Positions 30,634-43,392 of a stretch of 64,000 nt of DNA are shown piece after piece (positions within the stretch are counted from its first letter, which is position 1; each line of letters begins with the position of its first letter). This DNA comes from Eledone cirrhosa (taxonomy: Eukaryota). The notes beneath the pieces were generated by a model. The model was not told where the DNA came from. It was given only the letters and a program-made list of their open reading frames with translations, and made no database searches. The stretch is taken from positions 347,076,001-347,140,000 of the forward strand of contig OZ024743.1 in assembly GCA_964016885.1 (NCBI GenBank). Direction: 5' to 3'. The position numbers and the translations under genes were made by a program.

Positions 30634-32767
30634 ATGGATAACACAAGAAAGAGAGAGAACGCTGTCAGACAACACAGAGAGAGGGAGACTTTGTCAGCAT
30701 ATCAACAAGACAGCGTTCAAGCGAAGGTAAATTTAAAAGAAACTATTACGAAGGAAAAGAGGTACAATAGAATTTCTATTGATATTGTTACAGATTTAAA
30801 ATTACCGAACATTTCTAACACAAACAACACCAACAATAACACCAACACCATCAATAACAACAGCAACAACAAAAATAACAGCGGTAAGGTCAAGAACGAC
30901 AATAACAAAAATAATAGCGGTAGGTCGAGAACGACAATAACAATGAGAATAACAACAGCCACAACAACAATAATAGCAGGAACAGTAGCAAGAAAAACAA
31001 CAATAATAACAACAGCCACAATAACAGTAACAACAGCAACGGTATCAACGAAAACAACAACAACAATACCAACAACTGTACCAACGAAAACATCAACAAT
31101 GACATCGATACCTGTAACAGCGATCTCAGCACCACCAGCAAGACCAGTAGCGGCAGCAATAGTGGTGCTGCTGAAAAAGGGACAAGTTCTTTTGCAGGTG
31201 TCGCCCGCAATATCGAAACAGTGTTAGTCCCAAAGGAGGAGATGGCAGTTGCAAGGGCCATGGTGACAAGAAACGCCAATAGAGTTTCCTTGAAACCTCC
31301 ACCGGATTTTTTCAAGGACCAACAACTACGGACGGTGACTTACCGCACCGTAAGCAAATTCTCACATCGGATGGAGAGAGCCACGGAGGCTCAAATCCAA
31401 AAGGCCTTGGGGTGCGTCTGGGCACGCAAAACCCACATCACCCGAGGCAGAATGTACGCCATAGCAGACGTACTTTTCACCAAACCCAAGAAGCGAAGTC
31501 TCACTCGTTGGGAACCCCAAAGAGTGAGGAGATAGTATTGGTGCCCTCCTACTGCGGGCAGAAAATTGTGAGGGTCAAAGTGACCCAGGTCCCACCCGAC
31601 TTGCCCATACCTTGGCTGGCCGCGTCTGTCCTTGCTGGAATCGAGGACAGGACGACCATGCTGCAAGTAGAGAAAATAGGGAGAGAGAACTGGTCAGGTA
31701 AAGGCATGCAAATGCTTATACAAACTGACCAGGAATGTATCGACGCTATCCCCGATATCATAGACATCGAGGAAGGACTCCAACTCCCTATAAGCGTTGA
31801 AGGAAGACGGTGAAATTGTTATCTCTGTGGGACAAAGGGTCACCTCAGAGCCTTTTACCCGCAGAAGACAGCGAAGAAGAAGGCCCCACTCCTTCTAATA
31901 CCTGGTCCGCTGCTACCAAGAGCAGGGCAGGCAACAAACACAAAAGCTCCTTCCACGGTGAGTAGGAGGGCAATGTCCGTGGCACCCGTACCAAGACCAC
32001 GAAGAACTAAAGCAGTAGCATCAGTGGCGGCAACACCAATAGCTACATTTGCAGTAGCTGCACCAGCAACAAAATTGCCGGAGGGGGCTCCACTACCACC
32101 ACCAACAGCCGTGGAGCACATACCACTCCCAGACGCCACGGAATCCGACATGGAGTCTGAGGCGGGATTGAAGTGGCAAACGGTCTGCCACAAAAAAATA
32201 AAAAAAGGAAAAAACCCTTAGCTTCACCCTCCAAAAGCGAAGGCACACAAAGAGGGGTAAAGGCTGCAAGGAGACTTGCATCAACACCATCACCATCACC
32301 ACCACAAGCACCACAGCCAACAACAACCACACCACCACCAGCATCACCAAAAACACCAACAACGCAAACAACAACCACACCACCACCAGCATCACCAAAA
32401 ACACCAACAACGCAAACAAAACAAAACACACACACCAAACAGCAGCAAAATCACCCCTCCCCCCAAAAAGTACACAGCCATAAACATGATAAATAAAGAA
32501 CTCGTACAATATATAAAGCAGCACACAGACATCACAAAAAAACACTACTACACCCCACCAACACCAAGAACTCTCCCGACAAACATAAGCATCATTGATA
32601 TCAAAATAGAACAGTACACACTTTTAAAACAAAAATTCTCCAACGTAGTTGGAGACTTCAGAGGGTCGGTTACCAAGAGGATATACACTGACATCCTCTT
32701 GGAAACACTCATGAGCAGTCAAAAGGATGGTTCTACTTTCCCTTCTCCACACGATCATCCAACATGA
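30634..32767 (+). pseudogene. Tx1 ORF1 (gag-like, Asn-rich N-terminus, degenerate zinc knuckle)
   Basis: Fragments 30634-31227, 31221-31535 and 31412-31813, then EGRR*NCYLCGTKGHLRAFYP (CCHC with the last C lost) and a Pro/Thr-rich linker. Confidence 0.8.
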
Positions 32768-35700
32768 CCGTACTCAGAATACGCAGTATAAATGCACGTG
32801 GCCTGGTGTCATCTTGGAAGCAGGGTCACCTGCTCAACGACCTCAGGACACTAAACATAGATGTGGTGGCCATCAGCAAGACCAGAATCTCCGAAGCACG
32901 AGCCTTCGCACCGATCTTCGGCGGCTACGATGTATACGCATCTCCCAGCCGTCCAGGATCGGGGGGAGGGGTTGCCGTCCTTTTTCGGAGAGGCTTGGAT
33001 CTCGCCATACGGGACATCTTCCTGGACCCAGAAGGTAAGTCGGTGGTGCTGGACGTGACCGGCAGCGAAATCAATGCTTTCAGGCTAGTAGCCATCTACG
33101 CCCCAACTGGGGCAGGACGGCCAGATTTCTTCAGACGTCTAGAGACCTTTCTTGGAACGTCCCGCTCTTTAGTGTTAGTGGGCGACTGGAACGGTGTCTT
33201 GGATGCACGCTCGGATTCTGTGAGAATAGTGGATAGGGGTGGAGAGAGCAAGAGTCTCACCAACCTGCTCAGACGTTTTGAACTGTCCGACAGGTATCGA
33301 CTGAATCACTCGAATGTGCCAATGTGGACATGGACAAACCGCATCGCGTCATCCAGATCGTATCTCGATAGGGTATTCTGCAGAGAACTAGATAAGGCTA
33401 GTATAAGTTGTCCACAATTTAAAATAGTCGACTACACAGACCAAAAATTTGTGATCTGTGAGATCGACATAGACAAACTTCATAGACAAGGACCCGGTTA
33501 CTGGAAGCTGAACGCGTCTTTCCCGGCGCGCAAATCCTACAGAGACCGGGTTAGCGTATTAGTTAAGCGGGCGTTGACGGGAGCGGTCGTCAACAACAGG
33601 TGGTGGTTCGCCCTGAAAAGGGCAATTAAAGTAGAGTCGATTAGGTTTAGCAAAGGATTAGTGAAAGAGGAAAATAGAGTAGAGGGAGAGCTAGTCAGAA
33701 AGCTAGAAGAGGCGTTTAGGACAGGCATCGCAACCGACGTGCTTGCGGCGAGATTGGCACTCGACCAATTCTTCAACGCAAAACACGAAGGCTGCGTTGT
33801 CAGAGCTAGAGCGCGTGCTCTGAAACACGAGGGGACAAAAGCCGTCCAATCGGCTCGGGTGGCAGAGACGCGACATGGCAACAAAGCCACAATTCGGTCT
33901 TTATCTGATCAAAACGGGCGCGTGTTGCTCGAACCCGAGCCGATGTGTGAGGCTTTTCAGCAGCACTTTACTGAACTCTTCGGGAGCAGCGGCGGGCCGG
34001 ATCGGGTATGGACTTCAGTGCATACCTCGATGGATTGCCTCGGGTCTCGACGACCGCAGCACAGTGTTGCGAATAGCCAATAACACCCGGGGAAATACGT
34101 GGAGCGATGGCTAACTCCACGAGGGGTAAATCGCCAGGTTTAGATGGTCTGCCCTACGAGCTTTATGCATTTATGCCAGACTTGTGCGGTGACCTCTTGG
34201 CAGCCGTCTAATGCAACTGGCAGCAGAACGAGAGCTTTCCCAGGTTTGTAAGCCGGGGAGCAGTGGCGCTGCTGAACAAAGACCCGAAAAAGGGGAATGT
34301 TATCGATAACTTCAAGCCCATAACCCGGTTAACGCAGAGTTTAAGATTTTGGCCAAGGTGTTAGCAACAAGGTTGGCGCTTGTCTTCGGGGTCTGGTGGG
34401 GGAGGCGCAGACATGCGCGATTCAGGACAGATCCATACACGACAACCTCCACCTCATGCGATACATCATAGAGAGGGTGGTTAAGGAACTTGGCACAGGT
34501 GGGGCACTGATCAACTTGGATCAAACCAAAGCATTCGATATGGTCGACCATCGGTATCTGGCGGCGGTCTCCGAGGCAGCCGGTTTCGGGCCCGTTTTCA
34601 GGGGTTGGATCGTTGAGATGTACAGCGACATCTGCTCAGTTGTGAGGGTGAACGGTCACCTGTCGCAGCCGTTCAGCATCATGCGCTCGGTCCGCCAAGG
34701 TTGTCCCCTCTCGTCGCTCACGTATATATTTTCTCTCGAGCCGTTACTGCACAAACTGGGGGCGATGAGGGACGTCCTACGCGAACTAGAATGCGGGAAA
34801 TCCGAGTCGGCTTACGCCGACGACTTCACCAGGTTGGTGTCGAGCACCTGACATGTCCAGATGCTCGGCACCGCTCTCAAGGAATACAGGAGCAAAGATA
34901 AACCAGGAAAAGTCGGCACCTGGAGAGGAATGTCCATGTCGTCCGACAGCGTCGTGGGGCGTTGGACGGACGGACCGGTTAAACTGCTCGGGGTCTGGTT
35001 TGGAGGAAAACTGGAGCGAGGTGACGAGTCCCTCACGCAGAAATGGGCCCAGAGGAAGCTGTCCCTGAAAGGTCGGTCGGAGGTGGCGAATGCGTACATC
35101 GCATCCGTCATCTGCTACCGCCTCACCGTTGTCCCTTGCCCTGGCAGAACTCTCACCAAAATGGAGCGCCTCCTCTTCCGCTACTTGTGGAAGCCACGCG
35201 CTCACATGGTCAGGCGATCCATCTGCTGTCAACACCCGTTGCGTGGAGGACTGGGCATGCCATAGCTGATGATGCGCAAACATAGGTTCAGGCTGCGACA
35301 TCTCTGGTGCTTCCTTGACGGTGAAATGGTGTGGTCGCCGTTCGCCAGGCACGTTTTCCCACAGCTCGTCTCCTTGACGGAGCTGCAGTCCTGGGTCAGG
35401 AAAAGACCGATGGATAGCGCTTCGAAACTTGAATGTCTCCAAGCACTCACGGCCCTTTGCCAACTGGGCACCATTATCGGTGGAGCATGCACCTCGGCGT
35501 TCTATAGAGGACTAGTTGAGGGGAAGAGCGAGGACGTTCTCGGAGAGATCCTGGGCGTCGAAAAAGATCAGCTCTTTGCTCTCTTCCGGAGAACTTTCGG
35601 CCCAGGTCCTATGGATAACTTCCAAAACTCTCTGGCCTGACAGTGCTACCGGGGAGCGTTGCCGGTTCGAGATAAGCTCTACAGGCGCGTAAGTGCCGTC

Positions 35701-36107
35701 AGCCGAGCCTGTCCGAGATGCGCGCAGAGCAACGAAACCGTCGTGCACGCACTCGTTCGTTCAGTGCCCGAGCATTGCTGACTTGTGTAGCTATGTCGAA
35801 CAGTTGCTGTCGCGTGTAGGACTGATCCGGTTGTCGACTGAGTCCATTGTGCAGATGGTCTCGCCGTCTTCCTTCGAGGAGGAAGGGCAGGCGGTTTTCA
35901 TCTGCAAAGGTGGCCATGGCGAAAGAGATTGTGTGGTGGACAAGGTTGAAAGGGTTAAAGACAGACACTTTCCTCTTCGGCGAATCCCTAATTAACTTTT
36001 TCAAGTGTCCCTTGAAGAGGAAAATCAGGGTGGAGAAGCAAGTGCTGACTTCTAGCAAGTTTGTTGAAAGGTGGGTGAATGTAGCGAGAATGGTCCGAGT
36101 GGTCTGA
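32764..36107 (+). pseudogene. Tx1 ORF2: APE endonuclease, reverse transcriptase, C-terminal Zn finger (frameshifts and stops)
   Basis: SINARGL, GGGVAVLF, IYAP, VGDWN, SYLDRVF, GPGYWKLN; KSPGLDGLPYELY, LDQTKAFDMVDH, VRQGCPLS, AYADD; CPRCAQSNETVVH..C. Confidence 0.93.
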
Positions 36108-36425
36108 GTATACGTCTGTAGTTTGAGAATTTTAAACATTGAGAGAGGGCGCTTGCCCTCGTGGTCAGGGTCGCCGTGGTCTTCTGTGTGGTTTTCGCCA
36201 CGAGTAACCCTCGGAGGTTTCGCCCCTATTGGGGAATTTTTCATTGTTTCAATTTTCATTTTTATTGTTTATATATATATATATGTTTCTAAGTCCTTTT
36301 TTTTCTTTTCTTATATAAATAATAAAAATATTTACACGCACAAAACCCACATCGTACCGTCCTGTACCGTCCTGTGCCGTCTGTAATGTTTTCCTTGATG
36401 TCAGCCCTTGTGGCCAATAAAGAAA

Positions 36426-36469
<44 letters not shown>

Positions 36470-36511
36470 TCTGGCAATATTATAACAAGATGACCCTCCC
36501 CAAATATAACA

Positions 36512-36550
<39 letters not shown>

Positions 36551-36988
36551 TAGAGAGAGAGAGATTGAGAGAGACAGACATATATGTTTTGTACACGCGA
36601 TAATCCATCTTCAACAAAAGAATGCATGAGCCAAACCTTACATAATCACAAGATATATTCGTCAGCCATATCATTAACTGAATGTGCCAGTAAATGGGTG
36701 AAAAAGATTTAGCAAAACGTGTTGCAGAAATGGAAAATTATCAGAAAATTGAGATATATAAAAGACGTGTATGGATAGAGGGGTTAAATCTGATATTAAA
36801 AAAATTTCTTTGTATATCTTTGAATAAAGAAAAAAATATAAAACGGCTTGTCTGTCTCCTGCATACACACATACAGTCAATATATCAGTATATTTTAAGA
36901 GACCCATTCATATATAGGCAAACGGCAAACACCTTTCTGGTAACAGATGTTAACCTGTGTAAAGAACAGCCGGTTACTTATTTGAACG

Positions 36989-37037
<49 letters not shown>

Positions 37038-37054
37038 GGAAAATTTGAACAGGA

Positions 37055-39490
37055 ACAAAACAGAGAGGCAGTACAACGAATGTTTATTAATTTCACGCTC
37101 TTGAGAGAGGGGTGGTGGTGGGGAACGACGTTTCTGGCATAAGCCCTTCTTCAGGTGAAAAGTGTGTGGGAAGAGAGTTCAAAGGGTGTGTAGGGGAGTG
37201 GTGGACAGACATATAGCGAAAAAGCGGTGGGAGGAAACGGTGCGAATGAAATTAAAAATAAAAGTATGATCAAAATAAAATAAAATTAAAATTGGGTAAA
37301 ACAGGTGGTGGAAGGTGGGGGGCGTGTAGGGGTGGTGGCGAGTGGAGTGGGGAGAGGGAGACGGGGTGTCCGAGCGGGGAGGGCTGAATGTGGTGTGTGT
37401 GTGTAGGTGTACGTGTGTGTGTGTGTGTGTGTATGTGAAAGCGAGGGTTGGCGGAAGAACGGGGTTGCATGTTCAGGAAGAGGTGTGTGGGGTGGGGTGT
37501 AGGTCGGAGTGTGTGTGCGTGTGTGGATAGAGGGGTGGGGGGAGAGGAATCCGGAGGCTGAAGGTGTGAATATGTGGTGGAAAGCACATGTGTGTGGGGT
37601 TTAAGCGTGTTGTGGGTGTAGGTGGCGTGTGGGAAAAAAAATGTTTTTGGGGTGTGTGTGTGGGTGAGTTATAAAGGTGATTCCGTAAGAAGATGTGGTT
37701 GAATGGTTGGTAAACTCCTAGGATGGTAGTTGGTTCCGCGGTCAAGGTCCACATACGAGAAATCCATGAAGAGATGGTCGGAAGAGGAGAGATGTGGGGT
37801 GCGCGCGCAACAGGAAGTGGTCAAGTTAGTAGGAGTGCTGGTGTCTGTGTGTGCTGGGAGGTGGTCAGAGGCCATAGCAGCAGCAGGGTGGAATGGTAAA
37901 GGGGCGAGGATGGGTAGGTGTGAAGGTTGGAGTGAGGAGGGTGTGTGTGTGTATTAGTAGAGGTGTTAGTGGGATGAGTGAGTGGTGGAGAAAGGGTGTG
38001 GGTGGAGCGGGGAGAGAAAGGTGTGGGGGTCGATGGAGGGAGTGTGGTGTACTGGTGTGTGTAGTTTGATGAAGGGGGTGTTAGTGGGTGTTAATATACG
38101 GGAGGTGGAGAAAGGGTTGAATGCGGGTGTGGGTGGGGTTTAGTGGTGGTAGGGTGTGTAGAGTTGGTGGTGTACGAGGGTGTGTGTGTACGTGTGCGTG
38201 GGTTTGGGGGGTGTTAGTGATGTTAGTTGCGTGTGGGGTGGGTGGTGTAAGGGGGTGCGTGTGTTCGTGTGCTTGGGGTCAGGAGTTGTTAGTGATGTTA
38301 GTTGCGGGGTGGTGGGATGGATGTGTGGGGGTGAGGGTTAGTGGTGGTAGTAGGGTGTGTGTTTAGTGTGAGCGCGTGTATATATGTGCCGGTGGGTGTG
38401 TGCGTGTGATAAGGAGGGGGGAGAAGAAGGGAGGGATGTTAGTATGCTAGTTGGGGAAGGGTGGTCGGATGAGGGGTGGAGTGGAGGTGTTAGTATTCTT
38501 AGTTGTGGGGTGGGCGGTAAAAAGGAGGGGTGTGTTTGTGCTGTTAGTGGGGGATATGTGTGGGGGAGGGGGCGGTCGAAGGCTAAAGGAATAAGGGTGG
38601 GGAGTTCAAGCCGGGGGGAGTGTGGGTCTGTAAGATGAAGATGGTTTTTTGTTCAACTCTGAGGAGATTGGTGGGTGTTCCGTGGCATTGGAGTAGGCCA
38701 CAGACTGTGAGATGGCGTGCGGAATGTCCAGGGGCACCAAAGTGGCGGGCGATGAGAGAATAAAGACCATCAAACCTGGTTGAAATGTGAGCAAGGAAGG
38801 AATTTCGCGCAGGTCTAACGGGAGGAAAAAGGGGTCTAGTCTGTGAATTCGGTAAACATAAGTTCTGTGAAATCGTAGACGAGAGAGAGAAAAAATGCCG
38901 ACCGGCCTGGCCAAGCGTGCGAAAGAAAAGAATTACGCACAGGTCGAACGGGAAGAAGGAGGAGGAGGAGAGGTAGTAACATAGAGTGAGTGAGTGAAGG
39001 GCGAGGAAGAGGCTAACAGAGAGAGTGACTGTTAGAGAGGGTAAAGATACAGAGAAAGAGGAAGCAGTAAGAACGAAATAGACGGGTCACAGCGGGAGAA
39101 AAAAATATGTGTAAATATGAGAATAAACGTGCTGCGGTTTCACAGAACTTATGTTTACCGAATTCACAGACTAGACCCCTTCTTCCTCCCGTTAGACATG
39201 TGCTAAATTCCTTCCTTACTCACATTTCAACCAGGTTTGATGGTCTTTATTCTCTCTCGTTCAGGATTTCACCGAACTTATATTCATGGAAATTTTTGGA
39301 CATGACTCGCTCTTCCTCACTTTTCGTTGCTTCACCATCTTTGTTTGTTTAGACTCTCGCTGTTCCCTTTATTTACATGTCCCAACGACTTTCTTTAGCC
39401 GTTGCTCGCACCAACCGGAAGTATATGGTCTTTAAAGCGAAGAAATACCGATGATGGTTGGAAGATCACTGATGAAGGACCACTTTATTC
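37055..39490 (-). mobile_element. Degenerate PLE-derived element with a GT-rich interior and an inverted 5' segment
   Basis: 37055-37760 is the reverse complement of 55190-55945, and 38750-38875 is inverted at 39138-39260. Homologous to 49960-50530. Mini-HHR at the 3' end. Confidence 0.7.
37124..37157 (-). ncRNA. Minimal PLE-type hammerhead motif
   Basis: CTGAAGA-AGGGC-TTAT-GCCA-GAAAC-GTC on the minus strand. Stem I is weak. Plus-strand copy at 55822-55855. Confidence 0.6.
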
Positions 39491-39508
39491 ATATATATAT
39501 GAAGGACC

Positions 39509-39574
<66 letters not shown>

Positions 39575-39577
<3 letters not shown>

Positions 39578-40250
39578 AGATTGAGACTGTGTCGATGAGT
39601 GTGCGGCTGAGAATGTATGAGACTAAAACAAAATATCTGGTGGAGAATGTTGAGAAGCCAGAGGGGATCACTAATGTAGGCGAGAAGCCGCTAGAATTGG
39701 TCGAGGACTTCCTGTATTTGGGAGCAAAGATTGGGAATACGAAAGATGATGTGGTGAGAGGAAGAGCAAAGCCTGGGCGGCGTGCCACATCTTGAGAACG
39801 GTGTGGAAGTCGGACCTTCGTAAAGACCTGAAAATCCGCCTCTTCATTGCTGTAGTGGAGTGTGAGCTGCTGTACGGGTCTGAGACTTCGACACTGACCA
39901 AGAAACTCACTCAGATGGTGGATGGGTGCTACACGAGAATGCTGAGGATGGATCTGAACATTAATCAGTATACACTGAGGATGAAAAACTCAGAGCTGTA
40001 TGGGAGCCTCCCAAAAGTCATCTCAAATGTAACACAGAGGAGACTGAGGTTAGCTGGACATGCTCACCGACATCCAGATTTGACATTGCACTCAGTGGTC
40101 CCGTGGGAAACCCTACAAGGACACACTGGAAGAGGAACACCAAGGTTAACGTATGTTGATTCCTTAAGGACATGGCAGCGATAATGAGGGACAGACACCG
40201 CTAGAGAGAGCTCGTCCATGGATCTCGGGAATTTTACCCGCCCTAGATAG
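39575..40250 (+). mobile_element. 5'-truncated RTE-clade LINE 3' fragment
   Basis: [53 protein letters not shown] and [11 protein letters not shown]; short TAGA tail. Confidence 0.9.
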
Positions 40251-40279
40251 ATACACACACACAAACACACACACACACA

Positions 40280-40344
<65 letters not shown>

Positions 40345-40359
40345 ATGTATATGTATATG

Positions 40360-40460
<101 letters not shown>

Positions 40461-40744
40461 ACCTGTATGCATATGTATATATATATGTATATATATATAT
40501 ATATGTGCATGCTACTGTACGTCTGTATACATATATGTATGTACGTATACATGCATACTTACATTTAAGTAAGTGCCATACTAAGAGTGAGAAATGAAAT
40601 TTCGTTTTCATTTTGTTTCAATTTATCGTTTTCGGTATGCCTGACCGATTTAACTCACTCAATATGCAAATTAGGCTGCTCAGCCGTTAATTTTCATAAG
40701 GAAAGTATATACTTTCGAACGTTCAACTATCTGGCAGATGGGTA

Positions 40745-40789
40745 AACGGTGCTGATGATAGCTAACAAGCTTGAAACTAGTACATCGTT
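40745..40789 (+). ncRNA. Minimal type I hammerhead ribozyme, unit 1
   Basis: AACGGTG-CTGATGA-t-AGC-taacaa-GCT-t-GAAA-CTAG-TA-CATCGTT: 7-bp stem I, intact core, palindromic ACTAGT stem III, GUA triplet. Confidence 0.9.
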
Positions 40790-41210
40790 CCTGTGTCAGT
40801 GTTGAACAAAAAGGTGACGTGGTTGCCTTAACACCGTATGGCATAAATTCAGGCTGTTCAGTTTGTTTACAAACGAACAAAGCGACGTTAGCGCCGCTAA
40901 ACTGATACGTGCATATATGTATGTGTACCTGTATGCATATGTATATATATATGTATATATATATATATATGTGCATGCTACTGTACGTCTGTATACATAT
41001 ATGTATGTACGTATACATGCATACTTACATTTAAGTAAGTGCCATACTAAGAGTGAGAAATGAAATTTCGTTTTCATTTTGTTTCAATTTATCGTTTTCG
41101 GTATGCCTGACCGATTTAACTCACTCAATATGCAAATTAGGCTGCTCAGCCGTTAATTTTCATAAGGAAAGTATATACTTTCGAATGTTCAACTATCTGG
41201 CAGATGGGTA

Positions 41211-41255
41211 AACGGTGCTGATGATAGCTAACAAGCTTGAAACTAGTACATCGTT
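41211..41255 (+). ncRNA. Minimal type I hammerhead ribozyme, unit 2
   Basis: Identical to unit 1. Confidence 0.9.
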
Positions 41256-41676
41256 CCTGTGTCAGTGTTGAACAAAAAGGTGACGTGGTTGCCTTAACAC
41301 CGTATGGCATAAATTCAGGCTGTTCAGTTTGTTTACAAACGAACAAAGCGACGTTAGCGCCGCTAAACTGATACGTGCATATATGTATGTGTACCTGTAT
41401 GCATATGTATATATATATGTATATATATATATATATGTGCATGCTACTGTACGTCTGTATACATATATGTATGTACGTATACATGCATACTTACATTTAA
41501 GTAAGTGCCATACTAAGAGTGAGAAATGAAATTTCGTTTTCATTTTGTTTCAATTTATCGTTTTCGGTATGCCTGACCGATTTAACTCACTCAATATGCA
41601 AATTAGGCTGCTCAGCCGTTAATTTTCATAAGGAAAGTATATACTTTCGAACGTTCAACTATCTGGCAGATGGGTA

Positions 41677-41721
41677 AACGGTGCTGATGATAGCTAACAA
41701 GCATGAAACTAGTACATCGTT
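41677..41721 (+). ncRNA. Minimal type I hammerhead ribozyme, unit 3 (one stem II substitution)
   Basis: GCAT instead of GCTT before GAAA. Confidence 0.85.
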
Positions 41722-42024
41722 CCTGTGTCAGTGTTGAACAAAAAGGTGACGTGGTTGCCTTAACACCGTATGGCATAAATTCAGGCTGTTCAGTTTGTTT
41801 ACAAACGAACAAAGCGACGTTAGCGCCGCTAAACTGATACGTGCATATATGTATGTGTACCTGTATGCATATGTATATATATATGTATATATATATATAT
41901 ATGTGCATGCTACTGTACGTCTGTATACATATATGTATGTACGTATACATGCATACTTACATTTAAGTAAGTGCCATACTAAGAGTGAGAAATGAAATTT
42001 CGTTTTCATTTTGTTTCAATTTAT

Positions 42025-42056
<32 letters not shown>

Positions 42057-42057
42057 G

Positions 42058-42210
42058 TATTGTTATACTTTGGGAGGGTCATGTTATCAATAAGAAACAC
42101 ATGCACCAGGTGCGTGTGTTTCTTATTGGCAACATGACCCTCCCAAAGTATAACAATATCGGTTTCAACACACGATTTCAGATAAAGAATCTTGCTAAAC
42201 AAATTCAGAA
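42058..42210. repeat. ~100-bp hairpin derived from a PLE terminal repeat
   Basis: TATTGTTATACTTTGGGAGGGTCATGTT...AACATGACCCTCCCAAAGTATAACAATA; homologous to 29320-29390 and 36470-36515. Confidence 0.75.
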
Positions 42211-42213
42211 ACG

Positions 42214-42275
<62 letters not shown>

Positions 42276-42977
42276 TAAAGTATAGAAATTATTGTGAGCG
42301 TGTAGCCAACAGTATTTCATAATATATAAGTGACTATAACGTCAAAACGGAAAAATAGTTAACGTAAGATGTGGGAAAATATTTCAAACTCAATAAAAAA
42401 AAAATCAAGACATAGATTAATCCATAGAATTTTGTGAAATCCAGGGAAAAATCATAAGAGCCTTAACTCAGAATAAAATAAAGTTTAAATACTCATCCGT
42501 CAATTTGGAAAAACTACAAATGCTCTGTAAAAGACTATTTCGCGAAACTTTCAGTGGGGATGGTCACGCTTGGAGTCGTTCATCAGCAGAGCTCAAACAC
42601 GGTAACCCTAAAGGCACTGTAGAATATGCCAAAAATAGAATTTAAAGAGAGGCTAGTTCACCTCGTACGTAATTATGAAAAATAAATGCACATGGAGAGA
42701 CATGGCTGGTGACGTCAGAATGAGACGAATGTCTGTTTACATGAAACAACAGTAAAAAAACATTCCGAAAAAAACTCTACAAGTGAAAGGAGTTCAGCAA
42801 AATAGCAGTATTATCGTGGTTTAAAAAAAAAAAAATATATATATATAGATAAATCTACCAAAATATACAGTAGTGTCCAATCCGTATGAAGAACTCAATG
42901 TAATCCAAATATCATGAAAAGAGAAGATGTATTCAAAAAGTTTTTCGATGAAAATCACAGGAAAACAGAGTCAAGAA

Positions 42978-43320
42978 AAATTAATAAAAACAATGAATAG
43001 AAACAAAGAAACAGTTCCTTATATTAAAAAATTCATCATTTTACGATCGTTTCTAGGATATATATGTGTGTGTTGGTATGTATATCATACAGATCTATGT
43101 AAAAAAATTACAATATATGCTGTCTTCAGAAATAATATTTCTGAAGACAGCATATATATGTGTAGGTATGTATATTTCCTCTGTTAGTTTGTAATTTTTT
43201 TACATAGATCTGTATGATATACATACCAACACACACATATATATCCTAGAAACGATCGTAAAATGATGACTTTTTTAATATAAGGAACTGTTTCTTTGTT
43301 TTTATTCATTGTTTTTATTA

Positions 43321-43324
<4 letters not shown>
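42978..43324. mobile_element. Fold-back element with an HHR on each arm (43037-43134 -, 43136-43265 +)
   Basis: Palindrome centred on TCTTCAGAAATAATATTTCTGAAGA. The plus arm reads TATTT-CTGAAGA-(long stem II)-GAAAC-GATC-GTA-AAATG. Confidence 0.8.

Positions 43325-43389
<65 letters not shown>

Positions 43390-43392
<3 letters not shown>

Larger units (their letters stand above)
30421..36470 (+). mobile_element. Near full-length Tx1/L1-clade non-LTR retrotransposon (inactivated)
   Basis: 5'UTR, ORF1, ORF2 (APE-RT-Zn), 3'UTR, AATAAA and an (ATT)n tail. The ORF1 stop overlaps the ORF2 start (ATGA at 32764-32767). Confidence 0.93.

Noticed and set aside
36694-37104. 136-aa ORF as a host gene
   Set aside because: No recognisable domain, it runs through a (TA)n tract, and there is no splice or codon support.
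40680-42009. Repeated 112, 93 and 66 aa ORFs in the 466-bp array
   Set aside because: Largely microsatellite-derived residues with no domain. Their recurrence only reflects the tandem repeat.
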